From Hyphomicrobiales bacterium (GTDB lineage: Bacteria > Pseudomonadota > Alphaproteobacteria > Rhizobiales > Xanthobacteraceae), in the NCBI GenBank assembly GCA_038206695.1, contig JBBRAN010000013.1:662-64661 (forward strand): a DNA stretch of 64,000 nucleotides. Reading direction: 5' to 3'. The notes under the pieces were generated by a model, which ran no database searches, was not told the origin of the DNA, and worked only from the letters and a program-made list of their open reading frames with translations. Positions 22,142-31,540 of this stretch are shown here, piece after piece. The first letter of the stretch is position 1. Every line of letters begins with the position of its first letter. Position numbers and translations under genes: made by a program.

Positions 22142-22704
22142 GGCGACCGCCATGCGAGGGCGACGCCGACCGGCGCCATCACGACAAAGACCCATTGCAG
22201 CGGAAAATGCAGCGGGCCAACTGCGGCGAAGGCGATCAGCGCCAAAGCCGGTGCCCAGTGCAGGCCGCGGCGAAACACCGGCAGCCCCATTTTGGTGACA
22301 GTGGCAATCAATAAGCCCGCAGCAGCGGCCGAGATGCCGGCCAGCACGCGGCCGAATGCGGGCACATCCCCGTAATAGGAATAGAGCACCGCCATCACGG
22401 TGACGATCGCGACCGGCGGTCCGAGCAGGCCCGCCAGTGCGACAGCGGCGCCCCTCGCGCCACCGAACCGCGAGCCGAACACCACCGAGAAGTTGACGAT
22501 GTTGGGGCCCGGCAGGAATTGCGACAGCGAGAAGGTTTCGTTGAACTCCTGCGCGTTCATCCAGTGGCGCCGCTCGACGATCATGCCCCGTGCGAACGGC
22601 AGCACCCCGCCGAATCCGGACAGCGAACAGGCGGCAAAGCCTAGAAACAGCTGGGCCATGGTGGGGGGCTGCGGTGCCGGGAAAGCCTGCTGGATGTCGC
22701 TCAT
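22138..22704 (-). CDS. Short-chain chromate transporter (CHR), N-half subunit
   Basis: GFGG, SQFLPGPN; overlaps the partner gene by 4 nt. Confidence 0.88.
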   Translation of the reverse strand: MSDIQQAFPAPQPPTMAQLFLGFAACSLSGFGGVLPFARGMIVERRHWMNAQEFNETFSLSQFLPGPNIVNFSVVFGSRFGGARGAAVALAGLLGPPVAIVTVMAVLYSYYGDVPAFGRVLAGISAAAAGLLIATVTKMGLPVFRRGLHWAPALALIAFAAVGPLHFPLQWVFVVMAPVGVALAWRSP

Positions 22705-22809
22705 GCGGCGGGGAACGCGATTGGGAGGGCCAGGGAGTGGCGGGAAAACTAGCAAAATAGGCCACTGCGGCGCTCTGTTTTCGTCAACATTTAGCGCCTA
22801 TATTCAGCG

Positions 22810-23168
22810 TGCCGGAGCGATCCGGCTATGGCGATAAACGTGCGTCGTAATAAACCTTTCGGACCCGGGGGCAGTACCCGGCGCCTCCACCAAAGCCCAG
22901 TCCATGACCGAGGGTCGTGTTTTACCAAGGGTCGTGTTTTGGGCTGGCCTTCGGCGGGGGCGAAACAGGATCGACGAGGGCGTAAAAGTCGCGCTTTTGC
23001 CCGGAATTGGCCCGACGTTAGTGGGCCATCTCATAGTTGCCAATGACAACTATGCTCCGGTTGCTCAGGCCGCGTAAGCGGTTTGACTAACCAAGCCTAC
23101 AAGCCCTAGCCGTCTTAGCAGCGGTTAGGCGGGGTTCGGAGGCACCTGGCAACAGAAGCCTCCACTTT
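22810..23168 (+). ncRNA. ssrA: Two-piece (circularly permuted) tmRNA
   Basis: Acceptor piece ends GGACCCGGGGGCAGTACCCGGCGCCTCCACCA (CCA 22890-22892); coding piece starts GGGGGCGAAACAGGATCGAC at 22956; tag ANDNYAPVAQAA* at 23039-23077; 3' hairpin GGAGGC...GCCTCC; TATATT -10 at about 22799. Ends are approximate. Confidence 0.95.
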
Positions 23169-23189
23169 CCTGTATGTGTGTGACGACAT

Positions 23190-23279
23190 GCCCTCCGGTC
23201 ATGAAGCCCGGGATGCCTCTAGCCCTCCGGTCATGAAGCCGGGGATGGTTTTGGCCCTGCGGTCATGACGCGGGGGATG
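23190..23279. repeat. Three tandem copies of a 26-bp quasi-palindrome at 32-bp period
   Basis: GCCCTCCGGTCATGAAGCCCGGGATG at 23190, GCCCTCCGGTCATGAAGCCGGGGATG at 23222, GCCCTGCGGTCATGACGCGGGGGATG at 23254. Confidence 0.9.
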
Positions 23280-23339
23280 GCTTTCGGCCTCCGGCGCGTT
23301 AGCATCGCGTTCCGAATCCCTTGCGCAATCGAGCGAACG

Positions 23340-23915
23340 ATGGCCGACCACATCCGTTACGACCTCCTGACCCAGCAGGCGCTGCGCGGCGTGGTCAAGA
23401 CCGTGTTGTTCGACGCCAAGAAGAAGGGCCTGCCCGGCGAGCATCACTTCTACATTTCATTCGATACCCGCGCCGACGGCGTGACGCTGTCGCAGCGACT
23501 GCGCGCGCAATATCCGGAAGAGATGACGATCATCCTTCAGCACCAGTTCTGGGATCTCAGCGTGACCGAGGATGGCTTCGAGGTCGGCCTGTCGTTTGGC
23601 GGCATTCCGGAGCGGCTCACCGTGCCGTTCGGGGCGATCAAGGGATTTTTCGACCCGTCGGTGCAGTTCGGCTTGCAGTTCGAGGAAATCACCGAAGGCG
23701 GCCAGGACAACACCTCGCCGGCGAGCATGATCGAGAGCAAATCGGTCGGCAAGAAGAAAAAACGCCCCGCGCAACAGCGGCCGGGCGGATCGGTGCCGAG
23801 CGTCGCCAACCCGGAAGGTCCCGCGCCGGCGCCGGCGGCGGTCGAGCCGCCACCGGGGCCGAAACCGGCCGGCGGCGCCGAGGTCGTGCGGCTTGACCGG
23901 TTTCGCAAGAAATAA
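23340..23915 (+). CDS. sspB: ClpXP adaptor SspB (alphaproteobacterial type)
   Basis: MADHIRYD...GLPGEHHFYISF...YPEEMTIILQHQF and C-terminal VVRLDRFRKK ClpX-binding tail. Confidence 0.95.
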   Translation: MADHIRYDLLTQQALRGVVKTVLFDAKKKGLPGEHHFYISFDTRADGVTLSQRLRAQYPEEMTIILQHQFWDLSVTEDGFEVGLSFGGIPERLTVPFGAIKGFFDPSVQFGLQFEEITEGGQDNTSPASMIESKSVGKKKKRPAQQRPGGSVPSVANPEGPAPAPAAVEPPPGPKPAGGAEVVRLDRFRKK

Positions 23916-23974
23916 CGCCGAACCGGACTGCCGCTGATCGCGTTTGAGTTTGTCGGGTGAGGCGGCACAGCGGC

Positions 23975-25387
23975 ATGGCCAAAAAGCGCAAGGCAAACCG
24001 CAAAACGCGGGTCGAGAGCGACGCGTTCGGCGAACTCGATATCGCCGCCGACCGCCACTGGGGCGCGCAGACCGAACGCTCGCTGCGTAATTTCCGCATC
24101 GGCACAGAGCGCATGCCGCTGCCGATCATCCACGCCTTCGGCATCGTCAAGCGCGCCGCCGCGGAAGTGAACCGCGATCTCGGTTCGCTCGACGCCCGGC
24201 GCGCCGCCGCCATCGTCAAGGTCGCCCGCGAAATCACCGACGCCGCGCTCGACGACCATTTCCCGCTGCTTGTCTGGCAAACCGGCTCCGGCACCCAGAC
24301 CAACATGAACCTCAACGAAGTAATCGCCAATCGCGCCAACCTGGCGCTCGGCGGCAGACTCGGCGCCCGCGCGCCGGTCCACCCGAACGATCACGTCAAT
24401 ATGAGCCAGTCGTCGAACGACAGTTTCCCGACCGCGATGCATATCGCCGCGGCGATGGAGATCGCCAACCTGCTCAATCCGGCGCTCGCGCACCTGCAGG
24501 ACGCGCTGCAGAAGAAGTCGAAACAGTTCGTCCGCATCGTCAAGATCGGCCGCACCCACACGATGGACGCGACGCCGCTGACGCTCGGCCAGGAATTTTC
24601 CGGCTACGCCGCGCAGGTGCAATCGAGCATCCATCGCGTCCGGCTCGGCCTCAAGGAGCTCTACCCGCTGGCGCAAGGCGGCACCGCGGTCGGCACCGGG
24701 CTCAACAGCAAGAAGCAGTTCGCGCCGCGCTTTGCCAAGCGCGTCGCCGCCATCACGCGGCTGCCGTTCGTCTCGGCCGCGAACAAGTTCGAGCACATGG
24801 CGGCCCACGACGCCTACATGTTCGCGCATGGCGCGATCGTGTCGGCGGCCACCGCGCTGTTCAAGATCGCCAACGATATCCGCTTTCTCGGCTCCGGCCC
24901 CCGCTCCGGGCTCGGTGAGCTTCATTTGCCCGAGAACGAAGCGGGCTCCTCGATCATGCCCGGCAAGGTCAACCCGACGCAAAGCGAGGCGCTGACGATG
25001 GTCTGCGCCAAGGTGTTCGGCAATCACACCACGATCGTGACCGCCGGCTCGCAGGGCCATTTCGAGCTCAACGTCTACAAGCCGGTGCTGGCCTATTGCA
25101 TGCTGCAGTCGATCCGGCTGCTGGCGGACGCGGCTCGCTCGTTCGCCGACAACTGCGTGATCGGCATCGAAGCCAACGAGCCGCGCATCCGCGAATTGAT
25201 GGAGCGCTCGCTGATGCTGGTGACAGCGCTGTCGCCGAAGATCGGCTACGACAAAGCGGCGCAAGTCGCCAAAGCCGCGCTCAAGAACGGCACGACCTTG
25301 CGCGAAGAGGCGGTGCGGCTCGGTTTCGTGTCGGCGAAGGAATTCGACCGCATCGTGCGGCCGGAACGGATGACCGGGCCGGACTGA
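23975..25387 (+). CDS. fumC: Class II fumarate hydratase
   Basis: [29 protein letters not shown]. Confidence 0.97.
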   Translation: MAKKRKANRKTRVESDAFGELDIAADRHWGAQTERSLRNFRIGTERMPLPIIHAFGIVKRAAAEVNRDLGSLDARRAAAIVKVAREITDAALDDHFPLLVWQTGSGTQTNMNLNEVIANRANLALGGRLGARAPVHPNDHVNMSQSSNDSFPTAMHIAAAMEIANLLNPALAHLQDALQKKSKQFVRIVKIGRTHTMDATPLTLGQEFSGYAAQVQSSIHRVRLGLKELYPLAQGGTAVGTGLNSKKQFAPRFAKRVAAITRLPFVSAANKFEHMAAHDAYMFAHGAIVSAATALFKIANDIRFLGSGPRSGLGELHLPENEAGSSIMPGKVNPTQSEALTMVCAKVFGNHTTIVTAGSQGHFELNVYKPVLAYCMLQSIRLLADAARSFADNCVIGIEANEPRIRELMERSLMLVTALSPKIGYDKAAQVAKAALKNGTTLREEAVRLGFVSAKEFDRIVRPERMTGPD

Positions 25388-25521
25388 CCCGCCCGCACGG
25401 AATTCTATTATATTTCAGGTGCTTGAGGCGAGTCGCGGACGTTGTCCGCGGCGCGATTGTGATCCCCATCACTGCGTCGCGAGGCCGGCCGGAGCCTAAT
25501 ACCCGCCAATGGGAGCGGCGC

Positions 25522-25710
25522 ATGGCCGACATCGTCAATCTGCGCGCGGTTCGCAAACGGGCGAAGCGCGCCAAACAAGAAGCCGACGCGCGCGCCAGCC
25601 GGGCCGCCCATGGGCGTCCGGCGGCTGACCGCAAACGCGACAAGAAGCGCAGCCAGCAGGCCGGCCATGTGCTCGACCAGCACCGCATCGCGCGAGGCGA
25701 CGATTCATGA
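25522..25710 (+). CDS. DUF4169 family small basic protein
   Basis: MADIVNLRAVRKRAKR...HGR; GGGAG RBS; usual partner of the downstream RHH gene. Confidence 0.8.
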   Translation: MADIVNLRAVRKRAKRAKQEADARASRAAHGRPAADRKRDKKRSQQAGHVLDQHRIARGDDS

Positions 25711-25973
25711 ACTCCCCGGTGGTCAAGCGTTCGATCGTGGTGGCGGGACATAAGACCAGTGTCAGCCTCGAAGACGATTTCTGGAAGGCGCTGAAGGAAA
25801 TCGCGCGGGCGCGCGACGTCACGTTGTCGACGCTTGTCGGCACCATCGACAAAGGGCGCCGCGAAGGCAATCTGTCCTCCGCGATCCGCATCTTCGTGCT
25901 GCATTACTTCCGCAGCCAGATGTTGCGCGGCACAGAGCGAACCGAACCGCCGGCCCGGCGCGTGTCGGCCTGA
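25707..25973 (+). CDS. Ribbon-helix-helix domain protein
   Basis: VVKRSIVVAGHKTSVSLE..FW..L...NLSSAIR. Confidence 0.9.
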   Translation: MNSPVVKRSIVVAGHKTSVSLEDDFWKALKEIARARDVTLSTLVGTIDKGRREGNLSSAIRIFVLHYFRSQMLRGTERTEPPARRVSA

Positions 25974-25975
25974 AA

Positions 25976-28900
25976 TCAGTTCTGCGGATGGAGCTGTAGC
26001 GGCGGGGCGGCCGGCGCGGCATTTTTTCGCACCGGCGTCGTCGGGCGTGGTGGGCTCTCGATCTGCTCGAGCCGCTTCGCCTGGCGCTCGACGGCGCGCA
26101 TCGTCAGCCAGCCGGTCAGGGCCGACACGTCGATGCGGCGCGCCGGGGCAGCAACCGGGCCGCGCAGGCTGAGAAAAATATCCGGCCGTCCGGTCGTCGC
26201 GCCCGCTGCGCCGGACAGCACGATGCGCAGGTCCATCGTGCCCGCTGTCAGGTCGATGCCGCCGGTCAGGCTGGCGTCGGCGCCTTCGCCTTCGATGACG
26301 GCCTTGACCAGGCGCAACTGACCGGTCTCGATCGCAATCTCGGCCCGACCGCGTTTGACCGCGAGCTGCCCGGTGTCGAGCGCGCCGCCGGCCAACCCTG
26401 CAATCTTGCCGGAGTCAATCGCCATGCCATTGTCGACCGCGCGGGTGATCGTCTCGAAAACGCGCGGATCGAGCGCGGCCAATTGCCCTTGCGTCAGCGT
26501 GACCTCGCCGCCGCCGCGCAGCGCGCCGACCAACGCCACCGTACTGCGTCCGCTGCCTTCGACGCGGAGCTGGGCATCGACCTTGCCGCTGACCGGCGGG
26601 CGCGCCGCTTGCGGCGACAGCGCCTCGGCTGACACGTCCTTGAGAACAAGGTTCAAACCCATCGCAAGCCCAAGCGTGCCGGGCTGAAACGAGGCCGCAC
26701 CGCGCAGCGTGCCACCGGCGAATTGCGCGGCGAGACCCTCGAACGCCAGCCCACCCGCCGACAGGCGCAAAGTCGTGCGCAGGTCGCGCAAATCGTAACC
26801 GCCGGCGCTGGCGCGCGCCGCGGTCAGGCCGACGACGCCCTCAAACTCACCCGATGCACCGGCCGCGAACGGCTCGCTCGGCCAAATCCAGGCCGCTTCC
26901 CGGCTTGCCGGCGCGCCGGGCAGCACGCCGATTGCGGCGCCGACCACCGAAGCCAGATCGAGCGTGTCGGCGCTGAGTTCTCCGGCGATGCGGCGCGGTC
27001 GCTCCAATCCGAGCGCCAGCCGGCCGCGCAGCCGCGAGCCGGCGACGACTGCCGACACATCCTCCAGGGTCATCTCTCCCGCCGCGACAGCGAGCCGCGT
27101 CGTCAGAGCGACCGGGACGCTTTTGATTTTGCCGCCGAATAACGGCGCCAGATCGGCACGCTCGATATTGGCGTACATCGAGCCGGAAGGGCCGTCGCCT
27201 GCCCGCAATGTGCCGTTGACGCTGGCACCGAGGCCGCCGGCGTTGATGCGGCCGACCGCCTGCAAGTCGCCGAACACCGGGCCGCTGGCGCTGAGCATCA
27301 GCATGCCGGGCTCTTTGCTGACGGCGACCGTGCGCTCGAGGCCGAGCAATGTGATGAGCGCGCCGCCATCGGTGGCATCGAGCCGGGTCTGGACCCGGAC
27401 CGTGCTGTCGTTGAGTGCCGCCAGATCGGCATTCGCCTGCCCCTTGAGGTCGAGACGGATGGCGCCCGCGGTGCCGTCGATCGCCAATGTCGCGCGATTG
27501 ACGGGACTGGCACCGTCGAGGCTGATCCGTGCGGCAAGCTTGGCCGGTGTGACGACCGGCGCGATGCGCGACAAGGCTTGCGCCAGCGGCGGGCTGGCGC
27601 GGCCGATGAGCGCGGCGGCGGCGCCAAGATCGCGCGCAGCGAAATCGATCTTGACCGCGCCGCGCGGCACCGGGCTGAGCGCGACCTGGCCGGTCATCGC
27701 GATCCCGGCGCCGCCGAGATCGTCGACCGAAAGGCGCGCGATGTCGAACTGGCCGGCCTGGAGCTTCAGTTGCGCGCTGATATTGACGGCATCGAAACCG
27801 CCAATGCGCGCGCGGGCAATGTCGACCGCCAAAGTGGCCTCGCCCGGCCGCTCGATCGCCGAGCTGGACAGCGCCGCATTCACAAAGGCAAACGCCTGGT
27901 CGAGATCGAGCTCGCGCGCCTGCAAAACCGCATCGAGCCGCGCGGCGGCGCCGCCTTGCCCGAACACATAAGCCAGCCGGCCCGTCACCGCGTCGCGGTC
28001 GATCGCGGCATCGAGCCGCTCGATCGCGACTTTCTCGCTGCCGAGCGTGAGGTCGCCGCGCAAACGCAACGCGCGTGGCGCGCCACCCGGCTGCTGGGCC
28101 CGTCCTTCGAGCCAGGCGGCAAGCCCATTGGCGTCGGCGGCGGCGATATCGACCGGGCCGGTGAAATTGACACTGCCCGGCGCGACGGCGAGCGCCCCGT
28201 ACAGGCGCACTTCCGACTGGCCGGGCGCGCGGAATTCGAATCGATCGAGCGTCCAGCCGCTGGCGTCGCTCGAAATGTCGCCACGCAGCGCCTGGATGTT
28301 GCGGCCGCCCAAGGTGACCTGCTCGACCCCGATGCCGAGCGCGACGGGAAATGGCGGGCGGAACACGCCGGCCGCGACCGCGGCAAGACGGCGCAAGGTG
28401 GCGGCAGGCGGCAGCGCGGCGTCCGAGCCCGCGATTTGATCGAGATCGATCGCGCGCGCCGAGAACACCCCATCGAGCCGGGGCTCGCGGCCAAATCGAA
28501 ATTCCGCCGCGCCGGTCAGTTTGGTGCCGCTGTCCTCGGCGCCGAACTGCAGCTCGGCTTTTTCCATCAGCGCGGAAGCCGCCGTCACCTTGATGGTGCC
28601 GCCACCGCGCCACGGCTGCGTCACCAGAGCATCGCCGCCGCGTGCGATGCCGACCGGCCGCGAAACATTCAGCGTGCCTTCGTAGCGCGGCCCGCCGCCC
28701 GCGAACGACAGGGCGCCTTCGGTTTCGACGCCGAGCGGAACATTGGTCGGATCAATGTTGAGACGCAGCCGCAGCGTACCGTCGCTGCCGGCTCGTCCGA
28801 GCGAAATCCGGTAAGGATAGAGCTCGCCGCCGACGGTGGCGGCGCCCTCGCCGCGCAGCGGGCCGGCCAGCGACCGTAATTCGCCGTTGAACCACAGTTT

Positions 28901-29371
28901 GGTGAGGACAAGATCGGCTGCGTTGTCCGGCTCGCCGAATGCAAGGCGGCCATCTTCGACGGTGAGGCGTTCGATCGACACCGCGTCCGGATCGAGCGTC
29001 GGGGCGATGTCCAATCCAGCGAGCCGCCCGGACGCATCGAGACCGGCCTGGAACTGGGGTCCCGATACGGTCATTTCGGAGATGCGCCATTGGCCGCGCA
29101 GCAGCGGCATCAGCGCAAACTCGACCGCCACCGACCGCATGCGCAGCCTGGGCTCGGCGCCGATTTCGACGTCGCGCAGCATGACACGGGGCGACGGCAG
29201 CAGCCGGGCGTCGATCGCGCCGGCGACCCGGACCTCGCTGCCCATGAGCCGGCTCGCCTCCGCTTCGAACAGCGAGCGATGGTTGGCCCAATCCACCACG
29301 AGCGGCCCGGCAATCGCGGCGACCAGCGCCAGGATCGCCGCGACAGCAAGTGCGAGCAGGGTGTTGTGCAT
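25976..29371 (-). CDS. AsmA family (bridge-like lipid transfer) protein
   Basis: N-terminal TM anchor MHNTLLALA...GPLVVDW, RLLPSP, long beta-rich body; start set at ATG 29371, not at the track ORF start. Confidence 0.85.
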   Translation of the reverse strand: MHNTLLALAVAAILALVAAIAGPLVVDWANHRSLFEAEASRLMGSEVRVAGAIDARLLPSPRVMLRDVEIGAEPRLRMRSVAVEFALMPLLRGQWRISEMTVSGPQFQAGLDASGRLAGLDIAPTLDPDAVSIERLTVEDGRLAFGEPDNAADLVLTKLWFNGELRSLAGPLRGEGAATVGGELYPYRISLGRAGSDGTLRLRLNIDPTNVPLGVETEGALSFAGGGPRYEGTLNVSRPVGIARGGDALVTQPWRGGGTIKVTAASALMEKAELQFGAEDSGTKLTGAAEFRFGREPRLDGVFSARAIDLDQIAGSDAALPPAATLRRLAAVAAGVFRPPFPVALGIGVEQVTLGGRNIQALRGDISSDASGWTLDRFEFRAPGQSEVRLYGALAVAPGSVNFTGPVDIAAADANGLAAWLEGRAQQPGGAPRALRLRGDLTLGSEKVAIERLDAAIDRDAVTGRLAYVFGQGGAAARLDAVLQARELDLDQAFAFVNAALSSSAIERPGEATLAVDIARARIGGFDAVNISAQLKLQAGQFDIARLSVDDLGGAGIAMTGQVALSPVPRGAVKIDFAARDLGAAAALIGRASPPLAQALSRIAPVVTPAKLAARISLDGASPVNRATLAIDGTAGAIRLDLKGQANADLAALNDSTVRVQTRLDATDGGALITLLGLERTVAVSKEPGMLMLSASGPVFGDLQAVGRINAGGLGASVNGTLRAGDGPSGSMYANIERADLAPLFGGKIKSVPVALTTRLAVAAGEMTLEDVSAVVAGSRLRGRLALGLERPRRIAGELSADTLDLASVVGAAIGVLPGAPASREAAWIWPSEPFAAGASGEFEGVVGLTAARASAGGYDLRDLRTTLRLSAGGLAFEGLAAQFAGGTLRGAASFQPGTLGLAMGLNLVLKDVSAEALSPQAARPPVSGKVDAQLRVEGSGRSTVALVGALRGGGEVTLTQGQLAALDPRVFETITRAVDNGMAIDSGKIAGLAGGALDTGQLAVKRGRAEIAIETGQLRLVKAVIEGEGADASLTGGIDLTAGTMDLRIVLSGAAGATTGRPDIFLSLRGPVAAPARRIDVSALTGWLTMRAVERQAKRLEQIESPPRPTTPVRKNAAPAAPPLQLHPQN

Positions 29372-29433
29372 GGCAGCCGAGACTCTACGCCATTGCGGCG
29401 TTTTTAGTACCGCGAAGGGCCGCCCCGGCGTGT

Positions 29434-30834
29434 CTAAAGCGCGACGATTTTGCCGGGATTCATGATGTTGTGCGGATCGAGCGCGCGCTTGATCGCCGCC
29501 ATCGCCGCGAGCGCCGGCGCGCCGTGCTCGGCCAGCAGATATTTGATCTTGCCCTGGCCGACGCCGTGCTCGCCGCTGCAGGTGCCGTCCATCGCCAGCG
29601 CGCGCTCGATCAGGCGTTCGTTGAGCGCCCTGGCTCGGGCAACCTCGTCGCTGTCCGTCAAGTCGACCATCATGGTGAGATGAAAATTGCCGTCGCCGAC
29701 ATGGCCGACGATCGGCGCCACGATGCGGCTGGCGGCGATGTCGCGCTGGGTCGCGGTGACGCATTCCGCCAGCCGCGAGATCGGCACGCAGACATCGGTC
29801 GCGATCATCTGCGCGCCCGGCCGCAGCGCGAAATTCGACATCGCGGCGTGGTGGCGCGCCTCCCACAATTTGGTGCGCTCCTCCGGCCGGCTGGTCCACT
29901 GGAATGGCCCGCCGCCCTGCTCGGCCGCAATCTCGCCGAAGCGGGCCGACTGCTCGGCGACCGAGGCCTCGGTGCCGTGAAATTCGAGAAACAGCATCGG
30001 CGTCTCGGCCAAGCCGAGCTTGGAATGCATGTTGACCGCCTTGACCTGCAAGGCGTCGAGCAGCTCGATGCGCGCCACCGGGATGCCGGACTGGATGGTG
30101 GCGATCGCGGTGTTGCAGCATGCCTCGACCGAGGGAAACGGGCAGGTGCCGCCGGCGATCGCCTCGGGAATGCCGGACAGCTTGAGGGTGAGTTCGACGA
30201 TGACGCCGAGCGTGCCTTCCGAGCCGACCATCAGCCGCGTCAGGTCGTAGCCGGCCGCGGTTTTCCTGGCGCGGCGCGCGGTCTGCATGATCTCGCCATC
30301 CGCCATCACGGCTTTGAGCGCCAGCACATTGTCCTTCATCGTGCCGTAGCGCACCGCGTTGGTGCCGGAGGCACGCGTGGCCGCCATGCCGCCGAGCGAA
30401 GCGTCGGCGCCGGGGTCGATCGGGAAGAACAGCCCCTGGTCGCGCAGATGTTCGTTGAGCGCCTTGCGGGTGACGCCCGGCTCGATCACGCAATCGAAGT
30501 CCTCGGCGTGCACCGTCAGCACGTTGTTCATGTCGCGGAAATCGATCGAGACACCGCCCTGCGGTGCGTTGATATGGCCTTCGAGCGAGGTGCCGGTGCC
30601 ATAGGGGATCACGGGCACACGATGGGTCGCGCAGATGCGCACGATCTGCTGGACGTCGGCGCTCGATTGCGGAAACACCACCGCGTCGGGCGGCTCGTTG
30701 ACATGCCAGGTCAGCGTGTTGCCATGCTGCTGGCGCACGGCGCTCGAGGTCACGACACGATTGCCGAATGCCGCGTTGAGCGCGGCGATGGCGGCGTCGA
30801 TCTCTTTCGGATTGCGGGCGGAGCTCGTGGTCAC
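29434..30834 (-). CDS. FAD-linked oxidase (D-lactate dehydrogenase/GlcD-like)
   Basis: PYGTGTSLEGH, DPGADAS, GSEGTLG, GHVGDGNFH, GEHGVG, NPGK; GTG start uncertain. Confidence 0.92.
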   Translation of the reverse strand: MTTSSARNPKEIDAAIAALNAAFGNRVVTSSAVRQQHGNTLTWHVNEPPDAVVFPQSSADVQQIVRICATHRVPVIPYGTGTSLEGHINAPQGGVSIDFRDMNNVLTVHAEDFDCVIEPGVTRKALNEHLRDQGLFFPIDPGADASLGGMAATRASGTNAVRYGTMKDNVLALKAVMADGEIMQTARRARKTAAGYDLTRLMVGSEGTLGVIVELTLKLSGIPEAIAGGTCPFPSVEACCNTAIATIQSGIPVARIELLDALQVKAVNMHSKLGLAETPMLFLEFHGTEASVAEQSARFGEIAAEQGGGPFQWTSRPEERTKLWEARHHAAMSNFALRPGAQMIATDVCVPISRLAECVTATQRDIAASRIVAPIVGHVGDGNFHLTMMVDLTDSDEVARARALNERLIERALAMDGTCSGEHGVGQGKIKYLLAEHGAPALAAMAAIKRALDPHNIMNPGKIVAL

Positions 30835-30905
30835 GATCTGATCCGGATTTGCGCGCAACCTGGCCCCGATGGTCAGGCCCGTCAAGCTGTCGTAACTTCC
30901 CGGCA

Positions 30906-31418
30906 ATGCCAGACAGCCCCGAGATTGCAGCGCCTTTCGTTTCGTCGGTGATGACGGTCGAGCCGCAATGGATCGACTATAACGGCCATCTCAACATGGC
31001 CTATTACAACGTGCTGTTCGACCGCGCGATCGACGAGGTCTACGAGTTGCTCGGCATCGGCCCGACCTATCTGGCGCGCAGCGGCCACTCGACCATGACC
31101 GCGGAAATTCACGTCCGCTATCTGCGCGAGATCCACGTCGGCACGCCGACCCGCGTGCGGTTTCAGTTGCTGGATTACGACGAAAAGCGGATGCATTATT
31201 TCGAGGAACTGATCCACGCGAACGAAGGCTGGGTGTCGGCGACCTCGGAGAACATGACGCTGCACGTCGACATGGCGGCCAAGAAGGTGGAGCCGTGGCC
31301 GGCCGAGGTGATGGCGCGGTTCGCCGCGATGAAGGCGGCGCACGCCAGACTGCCGGTTCCGCCCGATGCCGGCCGGCGCATCGCGATGCCGGGCAAACGG
31401 GCGCCGGGCCGGCCGTAA
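30906..31418 (+). CDS. Thioesterase (4HBT/hotdog fold)
   Basis: WIDYNGHLNMAYY motif. Confidence 0.9.
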   Translation: MPDSPEIAAPFVSSVMTVEPQWIDYNGHLNMAYYNVLFDRAIDEVYELLGIGPTYLARSGHSTMTAEIHVRYLREIHVGTPTRVRFQLLDYDEKRMHYFEELIHANEGWVSATSENMTLHVDMAAKKVEPWPAEVMARFAAMKAAHARLPVPPDAGRRIAMPGKRAPGRP

Positions 31419-31540
31419 ATTCGACCGGAATCCGGCGCGCAAAGCGGGAAAAGTCGGCTGTTTCACTACCCGGGCAGGCCCGCTCGGGTGCATTTTGGAC
31501 CGGCAAAACCCATATTCGCTCCGAGGATTCGCCTACGGTC

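Noticed and set aside
23190-23279. Mini CRISPR array
   Set aside because: Linkers are only 6 nt and there are no cas genes in the window
22810-23340. Prophage or genomic island integrated at tmRNA
   Set aside because: No integrase, no visible duplicated 3' end, and the flanking genes (chrA pair, sspB, fumC) are core
25976-30493. 1505-aa ORF suggesting a giant AsmA fusion
   Set aside because: The first ~370 aa are an off-frame read of the FAD oxidase gene; the AsmA membrane anchor starts at 29371
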